64,000 bases of DNA from Geopsychrobacteraceae bacterium (GCA_963662315.1 OY759353.1:3264001-3328000); one strand, 5' to 3'; positions 18,149 to 28,264 are shown, counted from the first letter of the stretch. Notes: generated by a model from the sequence alone, not told the origin. Translations and numbers: made by a program.

Positions 18149-20419
18149 ATGACCACCGTAGCGAATCGCCATATGACCTCGAAAAACCAGAAGACAAACT
18201 GTCGTCTCTGCAGTTATTTATGCGGGCTGGAAGCAACGATTGAAAATAATAAAATAACTGAACTCAAGCCTGACCCCAGCCGTTACCCATACGACAGCTC
18301 TATAGTGCTTGGCTGCCGTAGGTTTCACAGTAACCTGGAATTTCTCAATCACCCGGACCGGATCAATTATCCGCTAAAGCGTGTGGGAGAACGGGGTAGC
18401 GGGCAATGGCAGCAGGTCAGCTGGGAAGAGGCTCTGGATGACATTGCCGAACGTCTGACCGATCTTAAAGCCGAATTTGGGGCAGAGACGCTGGCGACAG
18501 CTATAGGTGGTCCTCATACCACGTTCTGGCCGCTGCATCGTTTCATGAATCTGTTCGGCAGTCCCAACAATGTCGGTATTGGGCAGATCTGTTGGAATCC
18601 TTCTATCTGGGTGAACAGCCTGACTTTCGGTTGGCCGCTGGAAAACGAAATTGATCCCGATAATACCGAATGTGCCATTCTGTGGGGGGTGAACCCGGCG
18701 GAGTCAGATAACTCCCTTTTTTGGCGCCAGGTCCTGGCCTACAGTAAAACCGGGCGCCCGCTGATTGTTATTGATCCGCGCAAAACCCGGACCGCATCAT
18801 TGGCGACGCACTGGATCGCTCCACGTCCCGGCAGTGACGCCGCCTTGGCTCTGGGGATGCTGCATGTGGTTATTCGTGAGGGCTGGTACGATCCGGACTT
18901 TGTCGCCACCTGGTGTCACGGCTTCGAGCAGCTGAAGAACCATGTCAGCCAGTATACGCCGCAAAATGTTGCCAGGCTGACCGGGCTTGAAGCGCAGACC
19001 ATCGTCACTATTGCGCGCTGTTACGCAACCGCGCGGCCAGCAAGTATTTTTCACGGCCGCGGCATCGATCAGATTGGCCACAACAGTATGCAGGTGCATC
19101 GGGCTATTGCCAGCCTGAAAGGGATCACCGCCAATATTGATCTCCCCGGGGCCTGCCACCTTTCCGAGATGCCCGAATATGTTCCCGAGATCGATCTTGA
19201 GCTGACCGAACGCTTAACTCCGGAGCAACGTGCCAAGCAACTGGGGCGTAGTCAGCTTATGTTACAGACCTATGCCAGCTACGAGCGACTTACCCGCCAG
19301 ACCATGAAACATGGCAAACGGCTGCCAGCCCGCTATCTGACATCGGCCCAACCCAACCTGGTGTGGCGGGCTATGCTTGAGAGTGATCCCTATCCGGTGC
19401 GTGCCCTGGTCGTTAGTGGCAGCAACCCGCTGATCTGTCAAGCTGATACCCAGTTGATTTATAAGGCGCTGAAAAGTCTTGATCTGCTGGTGTCCCTGGA
19501 ACTGTTTCCCAACTCGGTCAGCTGCCTGGCCGATTACGTTCTCCCCATGGCAGGGAGTCTGGAACGGCCGGTACTCCAGACCAATGCCGGGGTGGCCAAT
19601 ATCGCTTATGGTGGGCCACAGGGGATAAAGCCCTTGTTCGAGCGGCGTACTGATTTTGCCTTCTGGCGTGACCTGGGAATTCGTTGTGGCCAAAATCGTG
19701 ATTGGCCGTGGCGTAATTTCGCTGCCAGCCTCGATCATGTTGTCAATCCCCTAGGGATGGACTGGGAAGGATTCTGTGAAAAAGGGTTGCATGCCCCGGC
19801 ACCGGAATATCTCAAGTTCGAGCAGGAGCACAATGGTCAGCCCCGTGGCTTCGCAACCTTCAGTGGTAAGATTGAGCTGTTTTCCGAACTGCTGCAGGAA
19901 TTTGGTGCCGACCCTCTGCCGGTTCACAAGCCCATGTCCCGACAAGATGACATCTTACCGCTGGTGATGGTCAGTGGCGGGCGCAAGCAGCCCTACTGGG
20001 CGTCATCGTTCCGGCAATTGGCCATGCTCAAAAAGAAACCGAGTCGGCCAGAAGCTGAAGTCTGCCAACAGACCGCCGATGACCTGGGCCTGTCCGATGG
20101 CCAGCAGGTGTGGGTTGAAACCGAGCGTGGTCGGGCCCGCTTTCATTTGAAGGTCATCGATATGCGCCCTGGTGTCGTCAATGTCGATTATGGCTGGTGG
20201 TTTCCCGGGCAGAGCCTGACGGGGAACGATCCCGGCGGGATGTTGCAGGCCAATGCCAATCTGCTCACTAATGCCGATTTTGATAAGTCTGATCCTCTGC
20301 TCGGGCAGTGGAAGTATAACGATCTTTCATGCCGTATTGTGCCGGTATCAAACGAAGAACAGGATCAGGAAACAGTTTCAATGACTGATAGTGTTTCCAT
20401 TAATACTAAAGGAGAATAA
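18149..20419 (+). CDS. Mo/W-bisPGD (DMSO reductase family) oxidoreductase, cytoplasmic, acetylene-hydratase-like clade
   Basis: CRLCSYLC...GC Fe-S motif, HPDRINYPLKR, VIDPR, LADYVLP, SGKIEL, C-terminal molydopterin-binding domain; no Tat signal. Confidence 0.88.
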   Translation: MTTVANRHMTSKNQKTNCRLCSYLCGLEATIENNKITELKPDPSRYPYDSSIVLGCRRFHSNLEFLNHPDRINYPLKRVGERGSGQWQQVSWEEALDDIAERLTDLKAEFGAETLATAIGGPHTTFWPLHRFMNLFGSPNNVGIGQICWNPSIWVNSLTFGWPLENEIDPDNTECAILWGVNPAESDNSLFWRQVLAYSKTGRPLIVIDPRKTRTASLATHWIAPRPGSDAALALGMLHVVIREGWYDPDFVATWCHGFEQLKNHVSQYTPQNVARLTGLEAQTIVTIARCYATARPASIFHGRGIDQIGHNSMQVHRAIASLKGITANIDLPGACHLSEMPEYVPEIDLELTERLTPEQRAKQLGRSQLMLQTYASYERLTRQTMKHGKRLPARYLTSAQPNLVWRAMLESDPYPVRALVVSGSNPLICQADTQLIYKALKSLDLLVSLELFPNSVSCLADYVLPMAGSLERPVLQTNAGVANIAYGGPQGIKPLFERRTDFAFWRDLGIRCGQNRDWPWRNFAASLDHVVNPLGMDWEGFCEKGLHAPAPEYLKFEQEHNGQPRGFATFSGKIELFSELLQEFGADPLPVHKPMSRQDDILPLVMVSGGRKQPYWASSFRQLAMLKKKPSRPEAEVCQQTADDLGLSDGQQVWVETERGRARFHLKVIDMRPGVVNVDYGWWFPGQSLTGNDPGGMLQANANLLTNADFDKSDPLLGQWKYNDLSCRIVPVSNEEQDQETVSMTDSVSINTKGE

Positions 20420-20423
20420 GCGT

Positions 20424-21269
20424 ATGAGGATTCAAAAACATGCATTGATATTCTTTACCAAAGTACCAACCCCCGGGTTGACGAAAACCCGTCTGACTAA
20501 AGAACATGGTGGAATCTTTACTCCTGAAGAAGCTGCTGACCTGTATCAGGCGGTTATGCTCGATACGGCAGAAGTCGGTTTCCGTGCTCTGGAGATGCTG
20601 CAGAAAGAGTCGACCAACAATAATGGTCAGGACGTCTACGATTTCTTTGTCTGTGCCACCCCGGAAGAAGATCATCCGCGCCTCAAAGTAATATTTGAAG
20701 AGATTGAGAGCAATATCCCGCTCCATTTTATTGCGGACAAAGGGACCAACTTTAACGAACACTTTAACGACAGCTACCAGCAGCTGTGGGCCAAAGGGTA
20801 TAGCAGCGCAGTAGCGATTGGCGGTGACCAGCCGCAGATGACCACTGGTAATATTATCAAGGCATTCCATTGGCTGAAAAACTTTGCCAGTGACTATGAT
20901 GGTCTGGGATTGGTCCATTGCCCCTGCCAGGCCTGTGGTGTTTCCCTGGTCGGTCTGACCAAGGATACCCCGATGGATTTTGAAGGTGTTTTCTATAATG
21001 CCGCAGGGGTTTCAGCCCTTGACGCCATTATCAATATCTGTGAGGACGAAGGGATTCCTGTTGCGGCGCTTGAAACCGTCGCTGATATTGATAACGTCGA
21101 AGACCTGGCTCATGCCCTGAGCCTGGCCCATTCACAGCAGTATACAGCGCGCTACCAGCCTGATGTCATTGTGCCAGAGCGCTTTTTAGCCTGGGCTGAA
21201 GAGGTTGGTTTGCAGGTGACCACCCCACCAAACAATGACCACGATCCGAGGGAGTTAATCGATGCCTGA
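20424..21269 (+). CDS. DUF2064/TIGR04282-like transferase (CofC/MobA-like fold)
   Basis: LIFFTKVPTPGLTKTRL, AIGGDQP, DIDNVEDL. Confidence 0.75.
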   Translation: MRIQKHALIFFTKVPTPGLTKTRLTKEHGGIFTPEEAADLYQAVMLDTAEVGFRALEMLQKESTNNNGQDVYDFFVCATPEEDHPRLKVIFEEIESNIPLHFIADKGTNFNEHFNDSYQQLWAKGYSSAVAIGGDQPQMTTGNIIKAFHWLKNFASDYDGLGLVHCPCQACGVSLVGLTKDTPMDFEGVFYNAAGVSALDAIINICEDEGIPVAALETVADIDNVEDLAHALSLAHSQQYTARYQPDVIVPERFLAWAEEVGLQVTTPPNNDHDPRELIDA

Positions 21270-22248
21270 AGTAAAGGTTGATAGAGAACGCTGTACTGGT
21301 TGCGGTATGTGTGTCAATTTCTGCCCGGTCGATGTTTTCGAAATGCAGACACTTGGCGCAGCTGCAGCCATGGTGGCCGAACCGATCCGCAGCTCGGATT
21401 GCTGGGCCTGTGATACCTGTGTCGGTCAATGTCCGGTAAACGCTATTACCATTATTGAAAGTCGCGAAGAGGCAGCAGCGCGTGCTGAGGCGATAACACC
21501 ATCCGCACCTGCGCTTCCGGAAGCAGAGCGGGCTCGCTACCAGGAGTGGCAACAGATTCTGATGAACACTCTTAAACTGCGTTGGAATCCGGTTGCCATA
21601 TCGCTGATCAAGCAAGAAGATCCTCTTCCTGATGTGCCTATGCCAAGGGTCAAGCTTAGATTTTGTCAATCACTGATGATGGCCCGCAGGGGAAAATCGG
21701 TGATGATGCCGGCACAATGTCACGCTTGTCCAGACGGGACCCATATTCTTGGTCTGACCGAGATTCCACCTAAACTTGCCAGCGGTGAAATGTACATTCA
21801 CTTCCGTAAACTGGATTCCATGGACGCCGCCAGACAGATGATCAAGGAACGGCCTCAGCTGCCATCACGCTCAACCAAGGCAACCCTGGTTGCCCCACTG
21901 GAAGCAGCAGCGGTGACTCCGGATGTTATCGCCATTATTGCTCAGCCTGAGCAGATTATGTGGCTGTGCATGAGCGCTGCTTATTATACCGGTGAACGGT
22001 TTAATTTTCAGGCCTGCGGTTACAACGCCCAGTGTGTGGAGACAACCCTGCTTCCTTATACCAGCCAACGCTTCAATATCTCCTTTGGCTGTTATGGCTG
22101 CCGGGCCAGTTCGGATGTCAGCGATGACCTGATGTTCATGGGAATTCCTACCGCCCAGATGCCGGATTTGATCAAAGGGCTGCAGAAGCTGGGATCAAAG
22201 GCTATTGGCGATTCCCGCAATAAGATTTATTTGCCACCAAATATCTGA
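21262..22248 (+). CDS. Ferredoxin-DUF169 fusion protein
   Basis: CTGCGMCVNFCP and CWACDTCVGQCP, followed by DUF169 motifs PVAISL, RFCQ, CPDG, PDVI, SFGCYGCR. Confidence 0.85.
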   Translation: MPEVKVDRERCTGCGMCVNFCPVDVFEMQTLGAAAAMVAEPIRSSDCWACDTCVGQCPVNAITIIESREEAAARAEAITPSAPALPEAERARYQEWQQILMNTLKLRWNPVAISLIKQEDPLPDVPMPRVKLRFCQSLMMARRGKSVMMPAQCHACPDGTHILGLTEIPPKLASGEMYIHFRKLDSMDAARQMIKERPQLPSRSTKATLVAPLEAAAVTPDVIAIIAQPEQIMWLCMSAAYYTGERFNFQACGYNAQCVETTLLPYTSQRFNISFGCYGCRASSDVSDDLMFMGIPTAQMPDLIKGLQKLGSKAIGDSRNKIYLPPNI

Positions 22249-22278
22249 CGTCTTGCCAGATAACGGAGTTGCTTTGTT

Positions 22279-22318
22279 CCGCATGAAGATCACTGTGATC
22301 TTCATGCGGTTTTTTTTT
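22279..22318 (+). terminator. Rho-independent terminator
   Basis: CCGCATGAAGATCAC-T-GTGATCTTCATGCGG followed by 9 T. Confidence 0.9.
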
Positions 22319-22513
22319 GTCCAAAGTTTGTAAAAAACACCCTTCTGAAAACAGCAAAAACTCATTTTCCTCATCGCCTGAAAGTCACAAAAATAAAACA
22401 ATAATAGCATGTTGTAAATTTCTCATTAACAAGATGACGATTTGTGTTAAGATCGATGCTTCAATCGGCATGGTGCCGGTTGAAGAACGACTAAATGACT
22501 AAGGAGAAACTAA

Positions 22514-22903
22514 ATGAAAATGTTGAGTAAGTCGTTATCCGTGGCAGCCATGGCGGGTGCCTGTATGCTTGCTTTCACTCTTGGCGGGTGTAGTGGTAAG
22601 GACGAGGCGTCGGTTGCCAGCCAGCAACCGCTGGAAAACAGTCGTACAGAGTCTGCGGAGAACCCTGTACAACAAGCAGCAGATAGCGCTGCGACGAACG
22701 TTACAGAAGCTGCCGAACAGGTTGCAGAGAAAATTGAAGAGGGAGTCGCACAAGCGCAGGATGTCGTTGCAGAAACAGCGGAAGCTGCTCAGGAAGCAGG
22801 TAAAGAGGTTATGAATCAGACTCAGGAGCTGACGGAAAACGCTCTGGATAGCGTAGCAAGCACGAAGAATGAGGCACCCTCTGCCGAGGAAAGTCATAAT
22901 TGA
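22514..22903 (+). CDS. Hypothetical low-complexity lipoprotein
   Basis: Lipobox LGGC, A/E/Q-rich body, AAGGAG RBS. Confidence 0.75.
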   Translation: MKMLSKSLSVAAMAGACMLAFTLGGCSGKDEASVASQQPLENSRTESAENPVQQAADSAATNVTEAAEQVAEKIEEGVAQAQDVVAETAEAAQEAGKEVMNQTQELTENALDSVASTKNEAPSAEESHN

Positions 22904-22931
22904 TTGAAACTCTTGGCTTAAAATGACATTG

Positions 22932-22970
22932 AAGCTCACTTTTCCCAGTTATGGGGAAGTGAGCTTTTTT
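22932..22970 (+). terminator. Rho-independent terminator
   Basis: AAGCTCACTT...AAGTGAGCTT followed by a T tract. Confidence 0.8.
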
Positions 22971-23104
22971 AATTCCAGAGTAAACGGGATATCCAGATTT
23001 AGTTATTGATAGATAAAGAATAGACATAGTTTTAAAAGAAGTGGTGGACAGGTTATACTCGAATTCGAATTCTGTGAACCCCATCTTTCAAGCGAGGGCT
23101 GACG

Positions 23105-23944
23105 ATGAAATATTTTGAACGGTTCAGGGTCAAACCGGGTAGTAAAGTTAATCTTGATGTGATTGATCCGAATGAAAAGGGGCATTTTAAAGATAAGAAG
23201 CACGCACTTCTTGAGACAGAGGAAGAAGTCGAAAAAATGCGTGAACTGCAGTATCTGATGTACGCTGAAGGAAAGCATTCTCTGTTGATCTGTCTGCAGG
23301 GGCGTGATGCTGCCGGCAAAGATGGCACTATCAATCATGTGTTGTGGGCGATGAATCCTCAGGGGTGTGCCGTTAAAGGGTTTAAGGTGCCGACCGCAGA
23401 AGAGGCTGGCCACGATTTTTTGTGGCGCTATCATAAGGAAGCTCCCGGCAAGGGGCAGGTCAGCGTCTTTAACCGCTCTCACTATGAGGATGTGCTGGTT
23501 GTTCGGGTCCATAATCTGGTACCTGAATCGGTCTGGACAAAACGCTACAAACAGATCAATCATTTTGAAAAACAGCTGGTCCAGAGCGGAACTCATATCC
23601 TGAAATTTTACCTGCATATCGATGCTGACGAGCAGTTGGAGCGTTTTAAATCCCGAATTGACGATCCGAGCAAACACTGGAAAATCAGTGACAGCGATTA
23701 TGCCGAGCGCCCTTTCTGGGATGATTACACCAAGGCTTTTGAGGCTGCACTCAGTGAATGCAGTACCGACCATGCCCCCTGGTTTGTGATTCCGGCCAAT
23801 CACAAATGGTATCGTAATCTGGTCATCTCCAAAATTATCAATGAATATCTAAAATCATTGAAGATGGAGTATCCCGATCCCAAGGTCGATATTTCCGAGA
23901 TCAAACGTAAGTATCACGAGATCAGAATGCAGGAAAAGGACTAG
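23105..23944 (+). CDS. ppk2: Polyphosphate kinase 2 family protein (polyphosphate:nucleotide phosphotransferase)
   Basis: QGRDAAGKDG, HDFLWR, FNRSHYEDVL, APWFVIPANHKW. Confidence 0.93.
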   Translation: MKYFERFRVKPGSKVNLDVIDPNEKGHFKDKKHALLETEEEVEKMRELQYLMYAEGKHSLLICLQGRDAAGKDGTINHVLWAMNPQGCAVKGFKVPTAEEAGHDFLWRYHKEAPGKGQVSVFNRSHYEDVLVVRVHNLVPESVWTKRYKQINHFEKQLVQSGTHILKFYLHIDADEQLERFKSRIDDPSKHWKISDSDYAERPFWDDYTKAFEAALSECSTDHAPWFVIPANHKWYRNLVISKIINEYLKSLKMEYPDPKVDISEIKRKYHEIRMQEKD

Positions 23945-24318
23945 TCTGAGTTGCTATTTATGCAATCAGAGCTATCGCAAGGTTTGGAAACCCCAGAGTA
24001 TCAGCGTATGGTCCATACAAAGGGAAGATTGACATGAATTGATGTGGAGGGACCGATGATGCGTTTTTTCAGAGTGGTTGGTTGCGATAATTATAGTTCG
24101 GACAATCTGCTCGACTTGCTCATGATCACGATAACTTAACCGGGATATTTTCCATCAGCACGATGGGTGAAAATTAAAGCGTCGCAAATACGGCAGGTTA
24201 GAAAAAATGTTTAAATTGCTCTTGTCCGTATTCAGCGGCATCGCTATATTGACGCGAAAATCCATTCACTAGGGAATCATTTCACTGATCAGCCAATCTA
24301 TCTGAAAGTCGAGAAGTT

Positions 24319-25089
24319 TTGAAAACCACAGCTGTAGATATAAAAGGAAGCATTCTGACCGTATTTGTACTGCAGATAAACAGTACCGATCTGAGTGCGC
24401 TGACAACACAGATAACGGAAAAGATCACCAGGGGAAATGTCTTTATGGTCAATGCCCCGGTGCTTGTCGATCTGAGCACCTTGACAGAAGAACAACAGCC
24501 TGAACTGAACCTTGCCGAGTTATTGAAGCTTCTGCGTGAACTCGGGGTTGTTCCTGTTGCTGTGCGAGGTGCCGTGCCAGTGCTGGCCGACCAGGCTGTT
24601 GGTCATGGTGTAGGAATCCTGTCCACTGCCAAGGTTCCGCGGGACCAGGATCCCGATAGCGAAGTTAAGGAAAGTTGCGCGGCGGAGAAGGCCGAGGTCC
24701 AGGAGAAAAAGGCTTCTGCCCCTGTTACAGAACCGGGAGGCGGCTATAAAACAAAAATTATTACCCAGCCTGTGCGTTCCGGCCAACGGGTGTTCTCCCC
24801 GGGAGATCTGATTATTCTTTCGTCAGTCAATGCCGGTGCGGAAGTTCTGGCCCGTGGGAATATTCATGTTTATGGCGCCTTGAGGGGACGGGCTATGGCA
24901 GGGATCGAAGGCGACGAAGATGTTCGTATCTTCTGTATGCAATGTAATCCGGAATTGATTGCGGTAGCTGGTGATTACATGGTCAACGAATCCCTCGATC
25001 GTAATGTGATCAATCAAAGCGTCATGGTGACCCGTGATGCCGATGGCCTGATTTTCAGCCCATTGCCTAACGGAGTCCCGAAACCCTAA
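24319..25089 (+). CDS. minC: Septum site-determining protein MinC
   Basis: PVRSGQ, VNAGAEVLARGNIHVYGALRGRAMAG, PELIAVAG. Confidence 0.93.
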   Translation: MKTTAVDIKGSILTVFVLQINSTDLSALTTQITEKITRGNVFMVNAPVLVDLSTLTEEQQPELNLAELLKLLRELGVVPVAVRGAVPVLADQAVGHGVGILSTAKVPRDQDPDSEVKESCAAEKAEVQEKKASAPVTEPGGGYKTKIITQPVRSGQRVFSPGDLIILSSVNAGAEVLARGNIHVYGALRGRAMAGIEGDEDVRIFCMQCNPELIAVAGDYMVNESLDRNVINQSVMVTRDADGLIFSPLPNGVPKP

Positions 25090-25205
25090 CAGACAAGTTG
25101 CGGTCACAATGGTCGTGACAGCACCTCAGTTTCTCTTGCACACCAGCAGGGCTGAGGAAATGAAAACGTGGTTAAGCAAGTACAGTGTTCAAAGGAGGAA
25201 GAACC

Positions 25206-26012
25206 TTGGCTAAAGTCGTTGTTGTAACGTCCGGAAAGGGCGGGGTTGGTAAAACAACCACCAGTGCGGCCTATGCGTCGGCGCTGGCTTTAAAGGGATA
25301 TAAAACTGTCGTAATCGATTTTGATGTCGGTTTGCGCAACCTTGACCTGATCATGGGGTGCGAACGGCGCGTTGTTTATGATCTGCTCAATGTCATCCAT
25401 GGCGAAGGATCTCTTAACCAGGCGTTAATCAAAGATAAACGGATTGAAGAGCTGTACATCCTTCCCGCATCGCAGACCCGTGACAAGGAAGCCCTGACCA
25501 TCGAGGGTGTCGGAAAAGTCATTGATGAGCTGAAGGAACGCTTTGATTACATTGTCTGTGATTCTCCGGCCGGGATTGAAAAGGGTGCTATAGCCGCCAT
25601 GTATTATGCCGATGAAGCTTTGGTTGTCACTAATCCTGAAGTTTCCTCAGTGCGTGACTCAGACCGAATTATCGGCATGCTGGCCAGTAAAACGCATAAA
25701 GCCCAGAATGGTGAAGAGGTGAAATCCCATCTGGTGGTCACCCGTTACGACCCGCTACGGGTTCAGAAGGGTGAAATGCTCAGTGTCTATGATGTACAGG
25801 AGATTCTTGCCATCCCTCTGCTCGGAGTGATTCCCGAGTCAAAATCGGTCCTGAGTGCATCCAACTCCGGGGTACCGGTGGTGCTGGATGATAAAAGTGA
25901 CGCCGGGATGGCATACTTTGATACGGTCGACAGGTTCTTGGGGGAAGAACGCGAATATCGCTTTATGGACGCCCCGAAGACCGGATTCTTCTCGCGCATA
26001 TTTGGTAAGTGA
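25206..26012 (+). CDS. minD: Septum site-determining ATPase MinD
   Basis: TSGKGGVGKTT, DFDVGLRNLD, DSPAGIE, C-terminal GFFSRIF; TTG start after AGGAGG. Confidence 0.97.
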   Translation: MAKVVVVTSGKGGVGKTTTSAAYASALALKGYKTVVIDFDVGLRNLDLIMGCERRVVYDLLNVIHGEGSLNQALIKDKRIEELYILPASQTRDKEALTIEGVGKVIDELKERFDYIVCDSPAGIEKGAIAAMYYADEALVVTNPEVSSVRDSDRIIGMLASKTHKAQNGEEVKSHLVVTRYDPLRVQKGEMLSVYDVQEILAIPLLGVIPESKSVLSASNSGVPVVLDDKSDAGMAYFDTVDRFLGEEREYRFMDAPKTGFFSRIFGK

Positions 26013-26013
26013 T

Positions 26014-26274
26014 ATGAGTTTCCTAGATTTTTTTCGGTCGAACAAGGCGGGTTCAGCGGCACTGGCAAAAGAGCGTCTGCAGATCATTGTTGCCCACGAA
26101 CGAGGCAGAGCTGGGGCTCCCGATTTTTTACCCCAGTTGCAGCAGGAAATTCTTGCTGTGGTGCGTAAATATGTGCAGATCAGCGAAGATCAGATCAAAT
26201 TGTCCGTTGATAAACGGGATGATTGTGAAGTCCTTGAGCTGAACATTTCTATGGCTGATTTCGAAAAGAAATAA
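26014..26274 (+). CDS. minE: Cell division topological specificity factor MinE
   Basis: SAALAKERLQIIVAHER, EILAVVRKYV, VLELNI. Confidence 0.96.
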   Translation: MSFLDFFRSNKAGSAALAKERLQIIVAHERGRAGAPDFLPQLQQEILAVVRKYVQISEDQIKLSVDKRDDCEVLELNISMADFEKK

Positions 26275-26362
26275 TTAGTCGGAAAGTCATTATATCAGTC
26301 AAACCCTATTTTCAGCCTCTTGGTGGCGTTCTGCTACCAAGAGGCTGGACGAGATTAGCCAA

Positions 26363-28264
26363 TCAGGTGTGGTTAAATCTGAGGAATACGGACTGTAACA
26401 GGCTCTTGTTGGCTTTATCAGCCAGGGTTGATTGGGGGAAATCTCTGATACAGCGCTGATAATATTGATATGCCCCTTCATACATTTGCAAATCTTCAAG
26501 CAACCGCGCACATTGAAAGAGTGATTTTTCCAGCACCGAAGTCGCCGTTTGCTGGTTCTGACACACATGCTCAAGGCACTGCACCGCAGATTCCAGATCC
26601 CCGGCGCGTGAGAAATACTGTGCCAGGCGATACATACTGGTGGGGTCCAGGCCCTTAAAATACTTTTGATAATACTCGTGGTATACCAGCATGGCTTGCT
26701 CCGCGTCGGTCTGGACCAGTTTGGGAATAACTTGCTGATAAAGCTGGTCGGCCTCCTCGCTGGCAGAAAATTTGGAGCGCAGGCGCGCCAGAAGCAGCAA
26801 GGCTTCGCTGTTTGCTGGATCATTTTTCAGCAGCAGACGCAATGATTCTTCCCCTTTATCAGTGTCTCCTGAGCCAATAGAGTTATTTACCGCCTGGCTG
26901 CCAAGCTCGATATGACGTTCAGTGATGGCGTCCTTGTTGATTTTGAACAGCATGGCCAGCAGGGTTCCACAAATAATGCCGCCAATATGCGCCCAATGGC
27001 CGATGTTTGAGTGATTGGTGCCCTGTAATTGCCCCAGCCCGCTACTTAGGTCAGCAAGGAAAAACAGCCCGATAATAATCAGGGAGTTGAGCTTAACTTT
27101 CAGACTGAGAGGGAGGATGAATGACAACAGGCCAAGAATCGGCAGTGGGAACACCATGGTTTTAAAGTAACAACGCACGGCAAAGACACCCATAATTCCG
27201 GCAATCGCTCCGGAGGCGCCCAGTAAATGTGCGGGCCAACCCATGATCAGGCACGTCACCAGATACAACAGGCCTGCACCAATACCACTGACCAGATAGA
27301 GAGTTAGGTACAATCTGGTCCCGATGCGGCGCTCAACCATGGTTCCTACCGCCCATAAAAAGAGCATATTCCCCCATAAATGCCCTTGGTTCGCATGTAA
27401 AAACATATAGGAGAGCAGGCTGCCGGGAACATTAACGATGGTTGGTTTAAACGGCAGAAAAATCAGGTTGTTTGCAATAAATGTTGCGTTAGCGCTGGTT
27501 TCAAGCAGGTAAAAAATCAGAATATTGATGGCAATCAGGCTGTAGGTTGCCACAGGTACGTATTGTTGTTTGCGTTCTTCCTGGCCATACATAATCGGCA
27601 TCAGGGTGACATGTTCACGCAGTAAGGCAAAAGATGACTGCCCGGTAACACTGGCTTGCATATGCAGATATAGAAAGAAGAAGACTGGAAACAGGAGCAG
27701 GAACAGGCTCAGCCACCCCTGCAGAAAGTTCTTTACCAGCAGGATCAAAACGATGGTAAGGCATGCTTTGAGAATGAACAGTTGCTCCGGATGACTATCG
27801 AAATAGCTTTCTTCTGGAGGCACCAACGCTGTAGCTGGATTAAACGCCTGATCTTGCCTGCGTGCCTGAACCTCAGCATAACGGGCAAAGATTACACCAC
27901 AGTGCTGGCATGATTCGCCGTGCTGGTTTCCTGTCTGACATTTGGGGCAGGTGCGGGAGTTTTGCGTTGGTGCAGGTTCGACTTTCTGCTGCAGGTTGGA
28001 ATTTGCTGGGGCCGCAGCTTCAGTTTCTTGGTGAACCGCGATGACATCGCATAAAACGCCGATATCATCGAAAAAAGCTTTATAGCGCTGAGCTTTTTCG
28101 TAAGGCAGTTCTTTTTTTAGAATGGCCTGCTGGCCCGACAACAGCTTGTCTATGGTTGCTTGAGAATATTTACACTTTTCTCGTAAGTTTTTTACGATTT
28201 CCGTGCGTTCGATATCAAAAGCCATGTCACCACTGAAGATGACATTGAAACGTCGATCGTTCAT
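26363..28264 (-). CDS. Rhomboid intramembrane serine protease with N-terminal Zn-ribbon and C-terminal TPR-like repeats
   Basis: MFLH...HLWGNM, GASG, WAHIGG; CPKC...CQHC; helical repeat tail. Confidence 0.88.
   Translation of the reverse strand: MNDRRFNVIFSGDMAFDIERTEIVKNLREKCKYSQATIDKLLSGQQAILKKELPYEKAQRYKAFFDDIGVLCDVIAVHQETEAAAPANSNLQQKVEPAPTQNSRTCPKCQTGNQHGESCQHCGVIFARYAEVQARRQDQAFNPATALVPPEESYFDSHPEQLFILKACLTIVLILLVKNFLQGWLSLFLLLFPVFFFLYLHMQASVTGQSSFALLREHVTLMPIMYGQEERKQQYVPVATYSLIAINILIFYLLETSANATFIANNLIFLPFKPTIVNVPGSLLSYMFLHANQGHLWGNMLFLWAVGTMVERRIGTRLYLTLYLVSGIGAGLLYLVTCLIMGWPAHLLGASGAIAGIMGVFAVRCYFKTMVFPLPILGLLSFILPLSLKVKLNSLIIIGLFFLADLSSGLGQLQGTNHSNIGHWAHIGGIICGTLLAMLFKINKDAITERHIELGSQAVNNSIGSGDTDKGEESLRLLLKNDPANSEALLLLARLRSKFSASEEADQLYQQVIPKLVQTDAEQAMLVYHEYYQKYFKGLDPTSMYRLAQYFSRAGDLESAVQCLEHVCQNQQTATSVLEKSLFQCARLLEDLQMYEGAYQYYQRCIRDFPQSTLADKANKSLLQSVFLRFNHT

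Noticed and set aside
16861..22248. Selenocysteine recoding in the Mo-enzyme/DUF2064 operon
   Set aside because: All ORFs are full length with Cys at the motif positions; no in-frame TGA interrupts homology.
22620..22900. Repeat-like A/E/Q-rich DNA
   Set aside because: Low-complexity lipoprotein coding sequence, not a tandem repeat or CRISPR array.
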